Source of the DNA: Azolla caroliniana
Taxonomy: Eukaryota; Plantae; Polypodiophyta
DNA length: 64,000 nucleotides
NCBI GenBank assembly: GCA_043228905.1
Contig: JBHGNT010000010.1
Location: 16,182,001-16,246,000 of the forward strand
Direction: 5' to 3'
Position numbers and translations under genes: made by a program
The notes under the pieces: generated by a model
Databases searched by the model: none
What the model saw: only the letters and a program-made list of their open reading frames with translations
What the model was told of the DNA's origin: nothing
Shown here: positions 1 to 12,772 of the stretch, in pieces
How the letters are laid out: each line of letters starts with the position of its first letter
Position numbering within the stretch: the stretch's first letter is position 1

Positions 1-400
1 AGAACTGATTTTTCATCATACAATGGTTAGTTGTTTGGTATGTCTGAATTTCCATTGCAAATCTGGTTCAAAGAACTTGCTCATTATGGTCATATTGTAA
101 CAGACTAGTTGTTTGTTATGACTGAAGTGCTGCCTTTTAGTTCATAATACAACAGACTCTGTTTGCTATGTCCAAAATTCTATAACTGAAGCTCTCCCAA
201 AGAACTGATTTCTCATCATACAACAATTAGTTTTTTGTAAAGTCTGAATCACCATTTGTTCAAATAACTTGTTCAATATGATCGTATTATAACAGACTAG
301 TTGTTTGTGTTTGTATTACAATAAACTAGTTGTTTTCAATGTCTTAAATACAGTAAGACGCCGTTAAAGATTTATCAAGGAACTGACATTTAGCTATATT
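1..400. repeat. Degenerate tandem/minisatellite-like repeat (~200-bp period, shorter subunits)
   Basis: agaactgatttYtcatcatacaa at 1 and 201; aacagactagttgtttg recurs. Confidence 0.6.
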
Positions 401-552
401 ACAACTGATTGCATCTTATTCATCTGTTGGCCATGTTTGAAACGTCATTGCTAACACTTGCTAAAATACCTTTCGTGGTCATAGCACAATACGTCTCAGA
501 GTATGCTCCGAGTTCAAGAATGGAGAATACAGTTCTACTCTAGAGTTCAAGA

Positions 553-690
553 ATGAGGACACTCTTCTTTCCTATGGTTGTGAATCCACACTCAAAGGCT
601 GTTCAAAGATGGAACAAATTCTTTGTAATCGCATGCTTGGTGGCAATATTTGTTGATCCACTATTCTTCTTGCTCTTTTCAGTAGATTCA
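553..690 (+). CDS. CNGC: CNGC exon 1 in window (S1)
   Basis: MRTLFFPMVVNPH...FSVDS, donor GTGAGT at 691; 5' boundary uncertain (AG ending 543 or 484). Confidence 0.85.
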
Positions 691-760
691 GTGAGTATTT
701 TATTTCTAAAGCATTTCTTATTTCATTTTATAATATGATTATCGAAGTTGGAACTAGCTG

Positions 761-938
761 AGCGCTTCGCATGCGAGAGGCATGGGGATCGATACCCCAC
801 TTCTCCAATGTATAAGACAGCAAGATTATTATTCGGAGATATTCAACCATGTACTTCAACCTATAAATACGAACTACATAAAAATGACATGAATATATGG
901 TGATTGTTTTATAATATATGTATGTTACTAAATCAGGA
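761..938 (+). mobile_element. tRNA-Ala-derived retroposed insertion (5'-truncated, SINE-like)
   Basis: 761-808 resembles the 3' two-thirds of plant tRNA-Ala (cgcttcgcatgcgagagg..ggggatcgatacccc..ctcca); 18-bp direct repeat cgaagttggaactagctg at 743-760 and 939-956. Confidence 0.7.
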
Positions 939-950
939 CGAAGTTGGAAC

Positions 951-1399
951 TAGCTGTGGGCCCTAGTTTGGCTCAAACCAAACTGAACTGTTAAGCCATG
1001 GTTTTAATTGTTTATTGGTTTGGATATAAGTAATTGGTTTGGTTTGGTTTCAAATATTATAAATGGTTTTGTTCTACAACTAGGGTTTATCACTTTATAG
1101 GTTTAGGTGGCTTGGTTTAATGGTTTATTGGGTTTTTGTTTAACTTTTTATTTGTTTCCCTAATGGTTTAATTAATTTAACTTAACTGCATTTATTAGTT
1201 TAATGTTTTCTTTTGTTTAAATAATTTAATTTATTTTGACGTATGGTTTACATTTGTGATTAAATAGTTCAGTTTGGTTTCAAAATCTCCTTCGATGGTT
1301 TGGTTTAAACAAGTCAGTTTCACTTTGGTTTGGTTTTTGTTATTTATAAATGGTTTGGTTTAGTTTGAAGGCCAAAAAACCAAACCAGGCTTGTATCTA
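951..1399. mobile_element. Degenerate hAT-type MITE
   Basis: TAG...CTA termini with weak TIR, ggtttggtt-rich interior, 8-bp TSD gttggaac/attggaac. Confidence 0.55.
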
Positions 1400-1902
1400 A
1401 TTGGAACAGAGAACCAAATGCTGTAGAAGATGTATTGGTTGTTATGATGTAACATGTCAAAATCCACACATCTGTTACTTGTCCGTGGGTGGATGAGGAG
1501 TTGTATGGTTCAAGGACACACTACCAATATTATCTCTACATGGGGTTCTTTCCCAAGATCAATAATATCAATCTCTTAGACTTGCTTGACCCTTTGATCA
1601 TGTAAACCAGATTGGTGGTTAAGGTGACTTTTGTGTAGGGTCATGGATGAGTGGATATAAAGTAACCTAGATATAAAACCAATTCAGTTCCTTAGGCCAC
1701 TATCAAAAGAGAGTGAACAAATATAGCGCTCCGAAAAAAGACAAAGAAAGAGAGAGGATAATGAGGTAATGCGAAACGATCCAAACATTGTAAAAGCTAT
1801 AACAAACGTTTTTATACTTCTTCACTTATAGAGAACTTGAGCTACAACTTGTTTTCTTTGATCTTATTGTCTCATTATTCAAATCTCATCGTAAAGCTCA
1901 AG

Positions 1903-1990
1903 TGTTGAGAAAGAAGCTCAACTCGTGTGAACATGTGCTTATGAAGAAAAGCATGATGTGTGAAAAAGTGCATGAGCACACTTTATTGTC
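1903..1990 (+). mobile_element. 5' fragment of family-A copia LTR
   Basis: tgttgagaaagaagctcaactcgtgtgaac matches the LTR start at 26619. Confidence 0.7.
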
Positions 1991-3766
1991 ATCTGTGTGA
2001 GTCTTCTTTAATCCAGGTGTCCTCATTATTGGCACACCATACACGATATCGACCGATTGGGTTGATTGATCTGAGTTGTCACCCAAGGCCATGCTCTTGG
2101 CCTCTTGGCCTTTTTTATTATGGGTGTACTACCGAGGTGACACCACATCATAGGTTTCTTCTTGATGTGCAACACTCTGATTGCTGGAGAGTGAGGGCAG
2201 GCATTCTGCTGGTTCTCTACCCATAATGGCCGTTGGTGTCTCTTCTTTTTCACACCCAAAGTCTGTGTTAGATCGACTTGTCTCGAACACGGTGGGGGTC
2301 GCCAGTGCTAGGCCATACCATGATGCCAATTCATCAAATACCACATCTTGGCTTATTCGTGACTATCGAGTGATGGGGTTGAAAGACTTCGAACCCTTTT
2401 GCTCAAGTGAGTAACCGACGAGGATCATCTTCTCTGGCTTTGGATCAAGCTTTATTTGATTTTCATTTGGTATGTGCATGTATGCAATGCTGCCAAAAAC
2501 CTTCAAGTGTGGAAGGTCTGGCTTTCTCCCAAAATACTTCTTGTGAGGGATGATGTCATGGATACCCTCGGTTGTGCACCCATTGATGAGATACATGACC
2601 ATGATTGTTGCCTCTTTGTAGTAGATCTTTGGCATGTTCTTCTCTTGCAACATAGTGCGGGCCATCTCAAGAATTGTGTGATTCTTCTGCTCAGGAACAC
2701 CATTTTGTTGTGGTGTGTATCGGCAAGAGAATTCCCAGCGAATCCCCTTCTCTACTAGAAAGGCTGTGGACTCGGTTGAGAAGTATTCTTGGCCACAATC
2801 AAACAATAAGCATTGAATATGGCGATTCGTCTTGTTTTCCACACGATTCCTTAACTTGAGAAAGTGAGAGATGTCCTCACTTTTCAACTTCATTGGGCAT
2901 ATCCAGGTATGTTGCGAATAATCATCTATGAAGGTAACAAAATACCTACACCCACCGATTTTCTCGTTTTGAGCCAGGCCTCATATGTCCAAATGGATGA
3001 CATCCAGCAGGCCTTTACTCACATTCCTTTCTCTCGTGAATGGATGCCTATGTTGCTGGCCTAGCTGGCACGCCTCACATACATCATGAGGATTTTTCGA
3101 AGTAAATCGTGGCAATCCGTGCACAACTCCTTTTGTTTGCATCGATCGGAGTTTATTGAGGTTTACATGGCCAACCCTTTTGTGCCACAACTCGATATCA
3201 GACACAGCCTTGAGTCCCTTTGATACATTGCTGTGTTTCACCTCAGTCGTGTCGCGGATAAACATGCGACCTTCTTTTCTTGCATGAGTGATTAGCTGGC
3301 CCTTATCCTCAATGAAGCAACCTTCCAGGTTGAATCGCAGTTGCATTCCTTGCTCGACAATTTGGCCAACCAAGACCAAATTCTTTGTGATTGTTGGGAC
3401 ATGGAGTACATCTTTGATGTAACCCTTGTTGTCGTGATTGATGAAGGCCACATCTCCAATGTGCTCAATCATGTGTGTAGACTCATCACCGTTTTGTACC
3501 ACGCCGGGTCTCTTGGGTTCCCTGAAATTCATGAACCCATTTTTGCTGATTTGTCATGTGATTTGAGGCTCCTGAGCCCACGGACCAGACATCATCAGGT
3601 TGGGAAGTGCTTGTTATGCTATTCTTCAGAGTTGCACAACAAACTTCGACCCTTCGTTATCTAGGCCAGCCATCGCAGCATAGTTCGTTTGTTGCTAGGG
3701 TGAGGCAGCGGAGTCATTCTTCTTCTTCTGGCACTCTGCTTCAAAGTGGTCAGGTTTTCCGCAATA
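1991..3766 (-). mobile_element. Ty1/copia internal fragment (zinc knuckle, protease, GAG-pre-integrase, integrase)
   Basis: ORFs 2363-2893 (YTPQQNGV, KLDPK) and 2981-3532 (LWHKRVGH, CEAC); YCGKPDHFEAEC near 3730-3766. Confidence 0.88.
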
Positions 3767-3910
3767 AGTGGGGTGTCTTTTAATTTAGAAACTTACTACG
3801 AGAAATGTTTTTTATTTTTAAAAAGTTGTGACATTGTTAGTGCCTTATCTTAGATTCTCTAACAACTTAATATTTATCTATAACCTAATATCTTGTACTT
3901 TTTTGTACAG

Positions 3911-4009
3911 CAGCACTATTGCATCACTTTCAACACGACCTTTGCAAATGTTGTGACAATAATGAGGAGCATAACAGACTTCATTTATTTTCTCCACGTG
4001 CTTCTTCAG
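3911..4009 (+). CDS. CNGC: CNGC exon 2 (S2)
   Basis: tacag|QHYCITFNTTFANVVTIMRSITDFIYFLHVLLQ|gt, 99 bp; absent from the ORF track. Confidence 0.9.
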
Positions 4010-4640
4010 GTTACATCTTTTAACCTTTCAAGTATTTAAATGATTGAAAAGTATTAATATCTTTGAAATTTTTGGGTGTATTTTTGTTTGTGTATGTCAT
4101 GATCAATCGATGAATAGAAGAAATATTATTATAGATCAAAATCTACAAAATTGATTTAATATGAACCATAAAATGCTCATCTATTTTCAAAAAGAAAAGA
4201 TCTTATCTATTTGATGGTTACACCAATTTCATTCCAAAGATTCCACTTAAGAAAATTCTGTATAAAACTTGTGAAGTTCTTAGAACTATGGGGAATCAAA
4301 GATTAGGTAAACAAAATAGGAAGGGAAGAATACTACTAACAATATGGCTAATTTAGATTAGATAAAGGTAACATGAAAGAATAAAACCAACAAAAGCATA
4401 ACAGAGAGACCAAAGACTTTGACTGGCCTCCTTCAAAGATGCTGACAATAATAAATGCCTCTACATCTCTATGATTATTAACATCACTAGGGATGGGCCC
4501 AATTCAAAAAACTACATTGGAGCTACCAAAAACTTCAGTTAGACACCTTTGGTGAATACATTGTACTGTTTGAAGATGGATGATACAGAAGCTGAAAATC
4601 TTTGGGGAGAACTCACGCATGGACCTATACCTCAATGTGT

Positions 4641-4822
4641 TGCCAAGAGCACAAAACATGGGTGTAAAGAATGCCAACTCTCGTAGAGTTGGGGTGTGCA
4701 GAAGCATAGTGCATGTGTGAGGAGAGCAAGAGAAGCAATTTGCTGCCAAGAGCACAAAACATGGGTATAAAGAATGCCAACTCTCGTAGAGTTGGGGTTT
4801 GCAGAAGCATAGTGCATGTGTG
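4641..4822. repeat. ~103-bp tandem duplication
   Basis: tgccaagagcacaaaacatgggt...gcatgtgtga occurs twice. Confidence 0.85.
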
Positions 4823-4827
4823 AGAGC

Positions 4828-6938
4828 AAGAAAGAAAGATAGAAAGAAGATATTAACGTCTTTTAGGAGGCCAAAATGGCCTATAAGACCAAACAAGAGA
4901 TTACATCTTTGGTGTTGTCTCATCTTTGAGAACAACAAATCAAAATAAAGTAAATATTACTCCGTAAATATAAAAGTAAATAAAATAAAAAGAGATGAGG
5001 GAATCTGGTTTTTGGCACATGTGAGATTCTCATGTTAGATAAATTGTAACTTTTGTCTTTGAAATATCTCTAGCATAGGTCGATCCAGAATGGAGAGGTC
5101 TCCAAAGCGAGGGAAGCACCTGGGATGGCGGGAGATAATGACCTTTATCTGTCGATGACAAGGGTGCTGAGATCATGGTCCATGGGGCCGTGGCTTATGT
5201 GCACGGCAAATTGCTATTGCCCGATCAATTGTAACCCCTTTGTTATGTCTTGGTCGAGAATCCATTTGTGTCTCCCTTGATTGACTTGTAGCATTAGTAG
5301 GAGTGATGGGGCTAAAGAAAGTTGTGATTGTTCTTTGTGGATGAGCGTGTGGGGCTGTAGTATTGTCCTTCAACAACTTTTCCTTATGTCTCTTGAGTTC
5401 TAGCAAGAAAAGTCCTAGGCACTGTTGGTCCTCATATTCCATTACCTTGCGTAGCAGGCCAAAGCCTTGTTTAAGGAGGCAATGGTATCTCCCTCTGATT
5501 TCATAAAACACACTACAATGGCAAACATAGTGTTCTTTGGATTCCACTACTTGATGACACAGTTGGCAAATTCTTTCTTCTAGAGGTATTCGTGTATATT
5601 TGCCTACATCAATCTTTAACTGATGTGATGAAGTTCCCAACTACACTATCACATTATGCAGCGCATGGGATGGATGTATGCCCATATAAGGTGGCCTGAT
5701 GATGAATCCATCCTTTGATGTGTGTAAGAAGTGTATCTTATAGTGGGCCATCGTCGTACCAAGTGATATTTTGGGGCTGATCCATGTTATCTTGTTTTCC
5801 AAGTTAATAATATCAGTCCGGATCACTATATTCTTTTCCACTTTGGTCATATTTAGATAGGGACAATCCAAGTTGTATTGGAATGGGGGTAGTGCATTTA
5901 TACTCATGCCATGTGACTCGAACCATTGTTGCATTTCAGCATACCAACAATGAATGTCTCCATTTTCAGCCAGTTGTCTTGATGACATAAGTACCAACCT
6001 TGGGTACATTCGTTTAGGGAGCTCCCATAGACGTTGGATAAATGCCATTGATCGGAATAATGCCTCGGTGATTATAGGTGCTGCTCCCATTTCTGCCCGA
6101 ATTATATCATAGGGCACCGATGCTTTGCTCCTTATCAGGCGGGTGATCATTGACACTAAAGATCTCTCTAAATCTTTCTAATGATTTTCCTTGTTAAGAC
6201 TCGGTCCCCACATTTCTAGTTCAGATAGAAGAGTTGGTGTGACAAGTGTATCAAATAACCACAACTTAGTTCGTGGCTCTTGGAATTGCAAATGTGCACA
6301 TTGTCTCTTGAGAGCACCAAGGGCTGCATATCCACGAGAAAGTCGGGCACAAGCAACCTCCTGTAAGGAGAAGCTAGGCCCTGTAAATGTTACTCCACAT
6401 TTTCTTCTCGCAAGAAGAATTACGGTTCTGATCTTGTTACCCATGCTTGAGTGGTGTTAAACACCATCACTTTAGTTTTATCCATGTTGATTGACAAACC
6501 TTTGTCCGTACAAAATAGTTTTAAGACATTTGGATGTCTTTGTAATCCCTTCGGAGAGTAAGAAATCAGCACAATATCATCAACATAGAGTAATATTTGT
6601 ATACTATACCTATTATGCATGCTCTTGAACCCGCGAATCTGTCTATGTAATGTGATACCTCATCTATATAGAGACCGAAGAGAGTGGGTGATAGTGGGCG
6701 TCCTTGCTTCTCTCCGATTGTGCTATCCACCGCCTCTGATATTGGAAGATTGCACTTTTCTTGACATGGATTCATAGAGTGCATAGATTCCCCATTGCAT
6801 ATCTGTAGGAACACTAAGGGCTTCTAGCCACTGCATAAGCTAAGCACGTGGCACAGTGTCAAAGGCTTTTTGGAAATCCACAAAGTAGCAATAAATCCTC
6901 TTATTATGGGCTTTGCCCTCGTCAATAAGGGCCCAGAT
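4828..6938 (-). mobile_element. RTE/RTEX-like LINE family A, 5'-truncated and decayed
   Basis: LLYVDD RT, RICQLC..HYVCHC zinc finger, 3' UTR, (TTTC)n tail. Confidence 0.88.
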
Positions 6939-7322
6939 AAAATAACCAGAAATAAAAAATACATTGGAGTGGGGGTGACAACTTACGCACTGAAGAGAAA
7001 ACTATATTAATCAACTAAAAATTATCAACAAGACACAATGAACCAAATGGGCTTTATACACAAGTCCTCAAGGGACTGTGACGTTAAATGTGGTTGATGG
7101 AGTCTAGTCATAGATTTCTACTTGAGTATGATTCTGTCATAAGAATATCTAATGTTCTTTGACTGTTTTTACAATTGACAACTAACATGATATTACAATC
7201 TAGCTCTTCGTGTAACTACATAGTTCACATGGATTACAATAAAGTGTGCTCACACACATTTTCACACATAGGGTTTTTCTCTATAAGCACAGGTTCACAT
7301 GAGTTGAAGTTGATGCTCAACA
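6939..7322 (-). mobile_element. Partial family-A copia LTR
   Basis: Reverse-complement match to LTR 26619-27060. Confidence 0.75.
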
Positions 7323-7461
7323 ATGGGGTTCCTAGTGGTGACATTTTAACGAAGAAGAGTAGCAGTCAACTTACAAGATTAAAGCTCAAGTTGAAGTCAT
7401 GTTGGTGAAGGCATCACGAGGATTAGGGTTTAGGTAAAAAATAGAGAGGGAGAGAGTCTGA

Positions 7462-8437
7462 ATTAGAATTAGAATTAGAATTTTTATCGTCCATAAAGAG
7501 GCCAATTTTGACCTATGGGACCAGAGTATACATGTGTTCTTGATATATGGCTCCTTCCTAAGAAGGGGTATTCATATGTTGAAACACAAAGTCTCTATGT
7601 GTTAATAAAGCATACACATATGAGCTTAACCTTCTAGGTGGTGTCTTAAGTATGGATCTTAAGTTATCACTCCCTCTTAGTATGTCAACATATCTTGAAT
7701 GAATTGCACTATATGTCGAGCATGTGAAGAGCAAGTGACATTTGTCCTCTACCATGCCTTCATTGCATACTTTACATGTCGTCAAATTCGTTACATTTTG
7801 ATACCATGATGCAACTTCAATACCTAACTTGTGAGATTGAGTGCGAAGTAGTGTAAGGGCTCTACGAGCATTGCTACTCATATTGGTAATGAGATAAGGT
7901 TGGATACGATCAATAGACATTCTTGCTTTATATTGAGACCAACATTCAGGGTTGACATTTGCAATGTAGTATTCTAGCTTTGTCCTCTTAGCATCCTCCC
8001 ACTTCACCCTTAATGATTCCACCAACCTTTCCTCAATCATTACATATTGCATAGCAATCCCTGAAAGCTCTAAAAGATCATCCACACCCCATCTTCTAAA
8101 CCATTTCTTTATGTCAACAACCCAACCAGATGAGAGAATCTTACTTTTATGATTCTTTTGTAGCTTACATCCAACATTCCAAGAAAGATTTGGTAATCGA
8201 TGATTCGGCATATTCTTGACTTTTGTAATGTATTTATATACTCTTTGGAGTGCCAATAGTTCTATGGGTCGAACGCCCATTTCCAAGAGCATAACCTTGT
8301 AAGAGGTAGTGCATTTAACTCCTAATTGCCTCCTTAAAAACATCTTTTGAATTTTCTCAATCTCGTTCCATGCATTAAGAGAGATGTGCCACCCCAAACT
8401 TCTACTCCATAAAGCAATACTTGAGTTACCATGGCAT
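7462..8437 (-). mobile_element. LINE family B 3' fragment inserted in the copia 3' LTR
   Basis: ORF2 C-terminus RTQSHKLGIE..CKVC..HLLFTC, (AATTCT)n tail; LTR resumes at ~8438. Confidence 0.85.
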
Positions 8438-11400
8438 TGAGTGAGAGACAAAGGGAGAGAGAGAGATGCACGCTGTCTTGGGTACAAAGAGTGTACCTCT
8501 TTTTTGGTTTTTAGATATTATGTATATACAAGTCAAAAGTGTGCTACGAGTGCGTTCACACTTGTGCACTAATAAAAGGCACAATGGCCCTTTATTCCCA
8601 ATAACCTCCCACCTAAAGGCAATGTGCTGTGAGAAGAAAAAAAGAAGAAAAAGAAAGTCAGCTAAGTCCAAGTATGTACAAAGCCGAACTACATACATCT
8701 ATCCAACTCCCATCATCTGTCGGCAATGAGCAAATCGCTCAGCTGGAAGACCCTTTGTGAGAAGATCTGCAGGATTATTATTTGTATGTACTTTGACAAG
8801 CTCAATGTTCTTGCTGTCAAGTACACCTCTGATGAAGTGATACTTCACCTCTATGTGCTTCATCTTTGCATGAAAGACGGGGTTCCGAGCTAGCATGATA
8901 GCACTCTGGCTGTCACAATGAAGAATAGTTAACTCTATAATGCCAAGATCTCTCACTAGATATGAAAGCCATAAAGCCTCTTTGCATGCCTCAGTGGCAA
9001 CAACATACTCTGCCTCTGTAGTAGACAATGCAACACACTTTTGTAGTCTGGAGATCCAAGAGACCGCTCCTCCTGTGAAAGTAAACACATACCCAGAAGT
9101 AGACTTCCTGCAGTCTGCGTGACCAACATAGTCCGCATCCTTAAAACCAACGATAGATGCCTTTTGCTTTCCAAAGCTAATGCCCAAGTCCTTTGTGCCT
9201 TTGAGGTATCTCATAATACCTTTCACCGCTTCCCAATGCTTTTTGCTGGGATTTGCCATGTACCTACTAACCACTCCCACTACAAAGGCAATATCAGGGC
9301 GTGTAGCAACCATCGCATATATCAAACTGCCAATGGCTGAAGCATATGGAACCTTAGCCATTTCAGCCTTCTCATCATCAGATGTAGGGCTGTCTTCTGC
9401 ACTAAGTTTCAAATATGGAGGCAATGGAACCCCAATTGTTTTCCCCCCTCCATATTGAAACGCTGCAAAACCTTAGAGATATACTCCTGCTGAGATAGAA
9501 AGTACCCCTTTCGACTGGTTTCGGAGTATTCGCATGCCAAGGATGTGATTTGCATCACCAAGATCCTTCATATCAAAGCTGCCATGAAGGCTTTGCTTCA
9601 ATGAATCCAAGGCATGAATATCCTTGCCAACAATCAACATATCATCAACATACAAAACCAAGATAATCAGGCTGCCATCTCCTGCCTTCTTGGTGTACAA
9701 GCAGTGGTCCACTTGACTTCTACGAAAACCTTGAGACTGCATAAATGCATCAAATTTATGATACCATTCTCTTGGTGCTTGTTTCAACCCATACAAAGTC
9801 CTTTTGAGCTTACAAACCATCTTCTCTTTGCCTTTAGCCACAAAACCTTCAGGCTGCTGCATATATGTCTTCATGCAGATCGCCATGTAAAAAGGCAGTC
9901 TTCACATCCATCTGTATGAGCTCCATATCTTCAACTGCAACTAGGCCCAAAATGGTTCTTAATGTAGTCATCTTAACTACAGGAGAGAAGATCTCATCAA
10001 AATCAACTCCATATTCCTGCTTGTATCCTTTTGCAACCAATCTTGCTTTATACTTTGGCGAGGAATCAGAAATGGCCTTCATTTTATAAACGCATTTGCA
10101 TGGAAGTGTTTTCTGCCCTTTAGGCAACTGCACCAAATCCCAAGTGTCATTTTTCTCAAGAGATTCCATCTCTGACAACATGGCTTTATACCATTTCTTA
10201 TTGTCCTGTCTGTCCATTGTTTCCTTGAAGCAAGCCGGTTCGCCACAATCAGTTACCATGACATAATCAACCACACTGTTTGCATTAGGAACAAATCTGT
10301 CAGGCCTTCTAGTAACTCTAGACGATCTCCTAACCCAATGCTCATTGTTTGGTAGCTGTTGAGCCTGCAAATCATCATTTTCAACTTTCTGTCCAGGCAT
10401 TTCAGCCTGCAAATCAGCATTAACAGCTTGCTGTTCTAGCCGTTCCTCCACATTTGGTGGCTCATCATTATTGGCAAAGGCTGGCTGATCATTTCCAACC
10501 TCATTTTCTGCATTTGCAGGTAAGTTTACAGCAGGTGTTTGCTGCTGTACAGCGGGCACATTTTTCTGTCTAAAAGGTATTTCTTCTCAGAATACAACCC
10601 TCCGTACTTCCTCGGTCTTTTCGGGTTATTTATGCATGCGATTTTCCCGGAAGATAACATCATTGCTGCGTACTATTTTTCTTTTCTCGGGATCCCACAA
10701 TCTATACCCCATTTCACCCTCGTCACCGTATCCTAGGAAAATACATTTGCAGGACTTTGGCTCAAGTTTGTTGCGTTCTTTGTTACGAATGTGCACAAAA
10801 GCCTCACAGCCAAACACTCTCCAGTGAGCATATGAAGGTGGCTTACCCGACCACACTTCGTGGGGTATTCCCCCTCCCAAAGACCTGTTAGGTGACCGAT
10901 CAATCAAGTGAACAGCTGTCATAACTGCCTCTGCCCAAAAACCATGGGGTAACGCAGCATGAGGCAGCATAGTACAGACCTTATCTTGAATAGTCCGATT
11001 CATACACTCTGCAACTCCATTTTGGGGTGGATTATAAGGGGCAGTGAGTTCCCTCTTTATCCCTTTGCTGTCACAAAATGCTTGAAAGGCCTTGGACACA
11101 TATTCCCCACCATTGTTAGAGCGAAGACACTTAAGTGTCTTATCAATTTGATTCTCAACTAATGCCAAGAATGTTCGAAACTTGTCGAGCACTTCATCCT
11201 TGCTACGAATAGGGTAAACCCATGCCTTCGGTGTAGCATCATCGACAAAAGAGACTAAGTATTTCTTTCCCCCTAATGATAGCCCTGGCATCTGACATAC
11301 ATCTGAATTTACAAACTCAAGCGGGGACGACTTCAGCGAAAGAGACTTTTTATGAGATGTTTGTACATGTTTACCATAAATGCAATGATCACAATGTTCA

Positions 11401-12210
11401 AAATCAGCATAATGAAGACATGGCAAGTAACCCAAACGAGACAATACTTTCATACCAGTTTCACTCATGTGTCCCAACCAGCCATGCCACAAAGAAACAC
11501 TAGGCTGCTCGGTTATGGCAACAACATGGTCACTCACGCTAGATACATGGAGGGGATACAAAGTATCACTTTTACTACCCTTGGCAATAACTCTAGATCC
11601 CTTACAAATCTTCCATTTCCCATCACCAAAGGTTGTGTGAAATCCATCATCATCTAGCTGTCCTGTGCTAATCAAGCTCTTCTTGAGCTGAGGTACATGC
11701 CGTACATGCTGAAGTGTGAAAGCATAACCATGCTGAAACTGTAATTGCACAGTGCCAATACCTGCAATTTCACATCCATAGTTGTCCCCAAGATGGACAA
11801 CACCATGTCGACCCCCTGTGTAATCTGAAAACCACTCACGATGAGGGGTGACGTGAAAAGAAGCACCGGAATCGAGTATGCAAGTGTGCATGTCACCATC
11901 CGTATCTGCAAGTAAAGCATGTTGTCTATGGCATGATGAAACAAAGAGTACATCATTTCCACTATCATTATCATGAGTGACTACATTCACCTCTTCAATT
12001 TTAGTATTGCCTTTCCTCGGTTGAAGGTTTCTCTTTTCTTCTATGAAATCATCTATCTTCTTGCCCTTTCCTTTCTCTTTCTTCCATTTGAAACAATCAC
12101 GTTTAATGTGACCCTTTTTGCGACAGTGATGGCATTCTACATCTTTACCACGTAATTTACTACGACCATAACTATCAGATTTGCCTCTCTGTTGTGACCT
12201 ACCCCTCATA

Positions 12211-12772
12211 TGTGATGATGAGAGAGAGGAAAAAGATAGAGAAGAGTAGAGGAAGAGAAAAAAATACTTCAATACACTATTAGGAAACCAATATCTGTTG
12301 GGTTCTTGCTTTGAATCCCAAAAAGCTTGACCACTTTAGGGTTCTAAGAGTATTTTTAGACGGGGGAAAACCTCCTAAAGAGGGAAAAAATGCCCCTGTA
12401 GTCCTAAGTGTGTTCACACATTATTGTCCTAAATGTGTTCACACACATCACTACCAAAATATGTCAACAAATCCCCCTTGGGAGTGATGCGGTGAACAAG
12501 GAGCTGACACTCATAGTTAAACAAGTGCCAAGCTATGTGGATAGAGATGAATCTACAAATGGGATTAGGCCTAAAGCTTTGCGGAAAGCTTCAAACTTCT
12601 CCCTAGGCAAAGCCTTTGTGAAGAGGTCTGCAATGTTCTCTTGCGTGGGCACATAAGCCAAACTGATCTCTCCAGCGGAGAACCTTACCCTGACATAGTG
12701 ATAATGCACCTCAATGTGCTTAGTGCGAGCATGGAACACAGGGTTCCTCGCAATTGCCATTGCGCTTTGACT
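12211..12772 (-). mobile_element. Nested copia 3' end (RNase H tail, PPT, 259-bp LTR) inside the host gag
   Basis: ORF 12533-12760 (NPVFHARTKHIEV), PPT 12470-12480, LTR TGTTGAC...CATCACA 12469-12211. Confidence 0.82.

Noticed and set aside
761-808. Functional tRNA-Ala gene
   Set aside because: 5' acceptor strand and D-arm are missing
7558-8487. 309-aa ORF as a novel gene
   Set aside because: Chimera of LTR sequence and the LINE B ORF2 C-terminus
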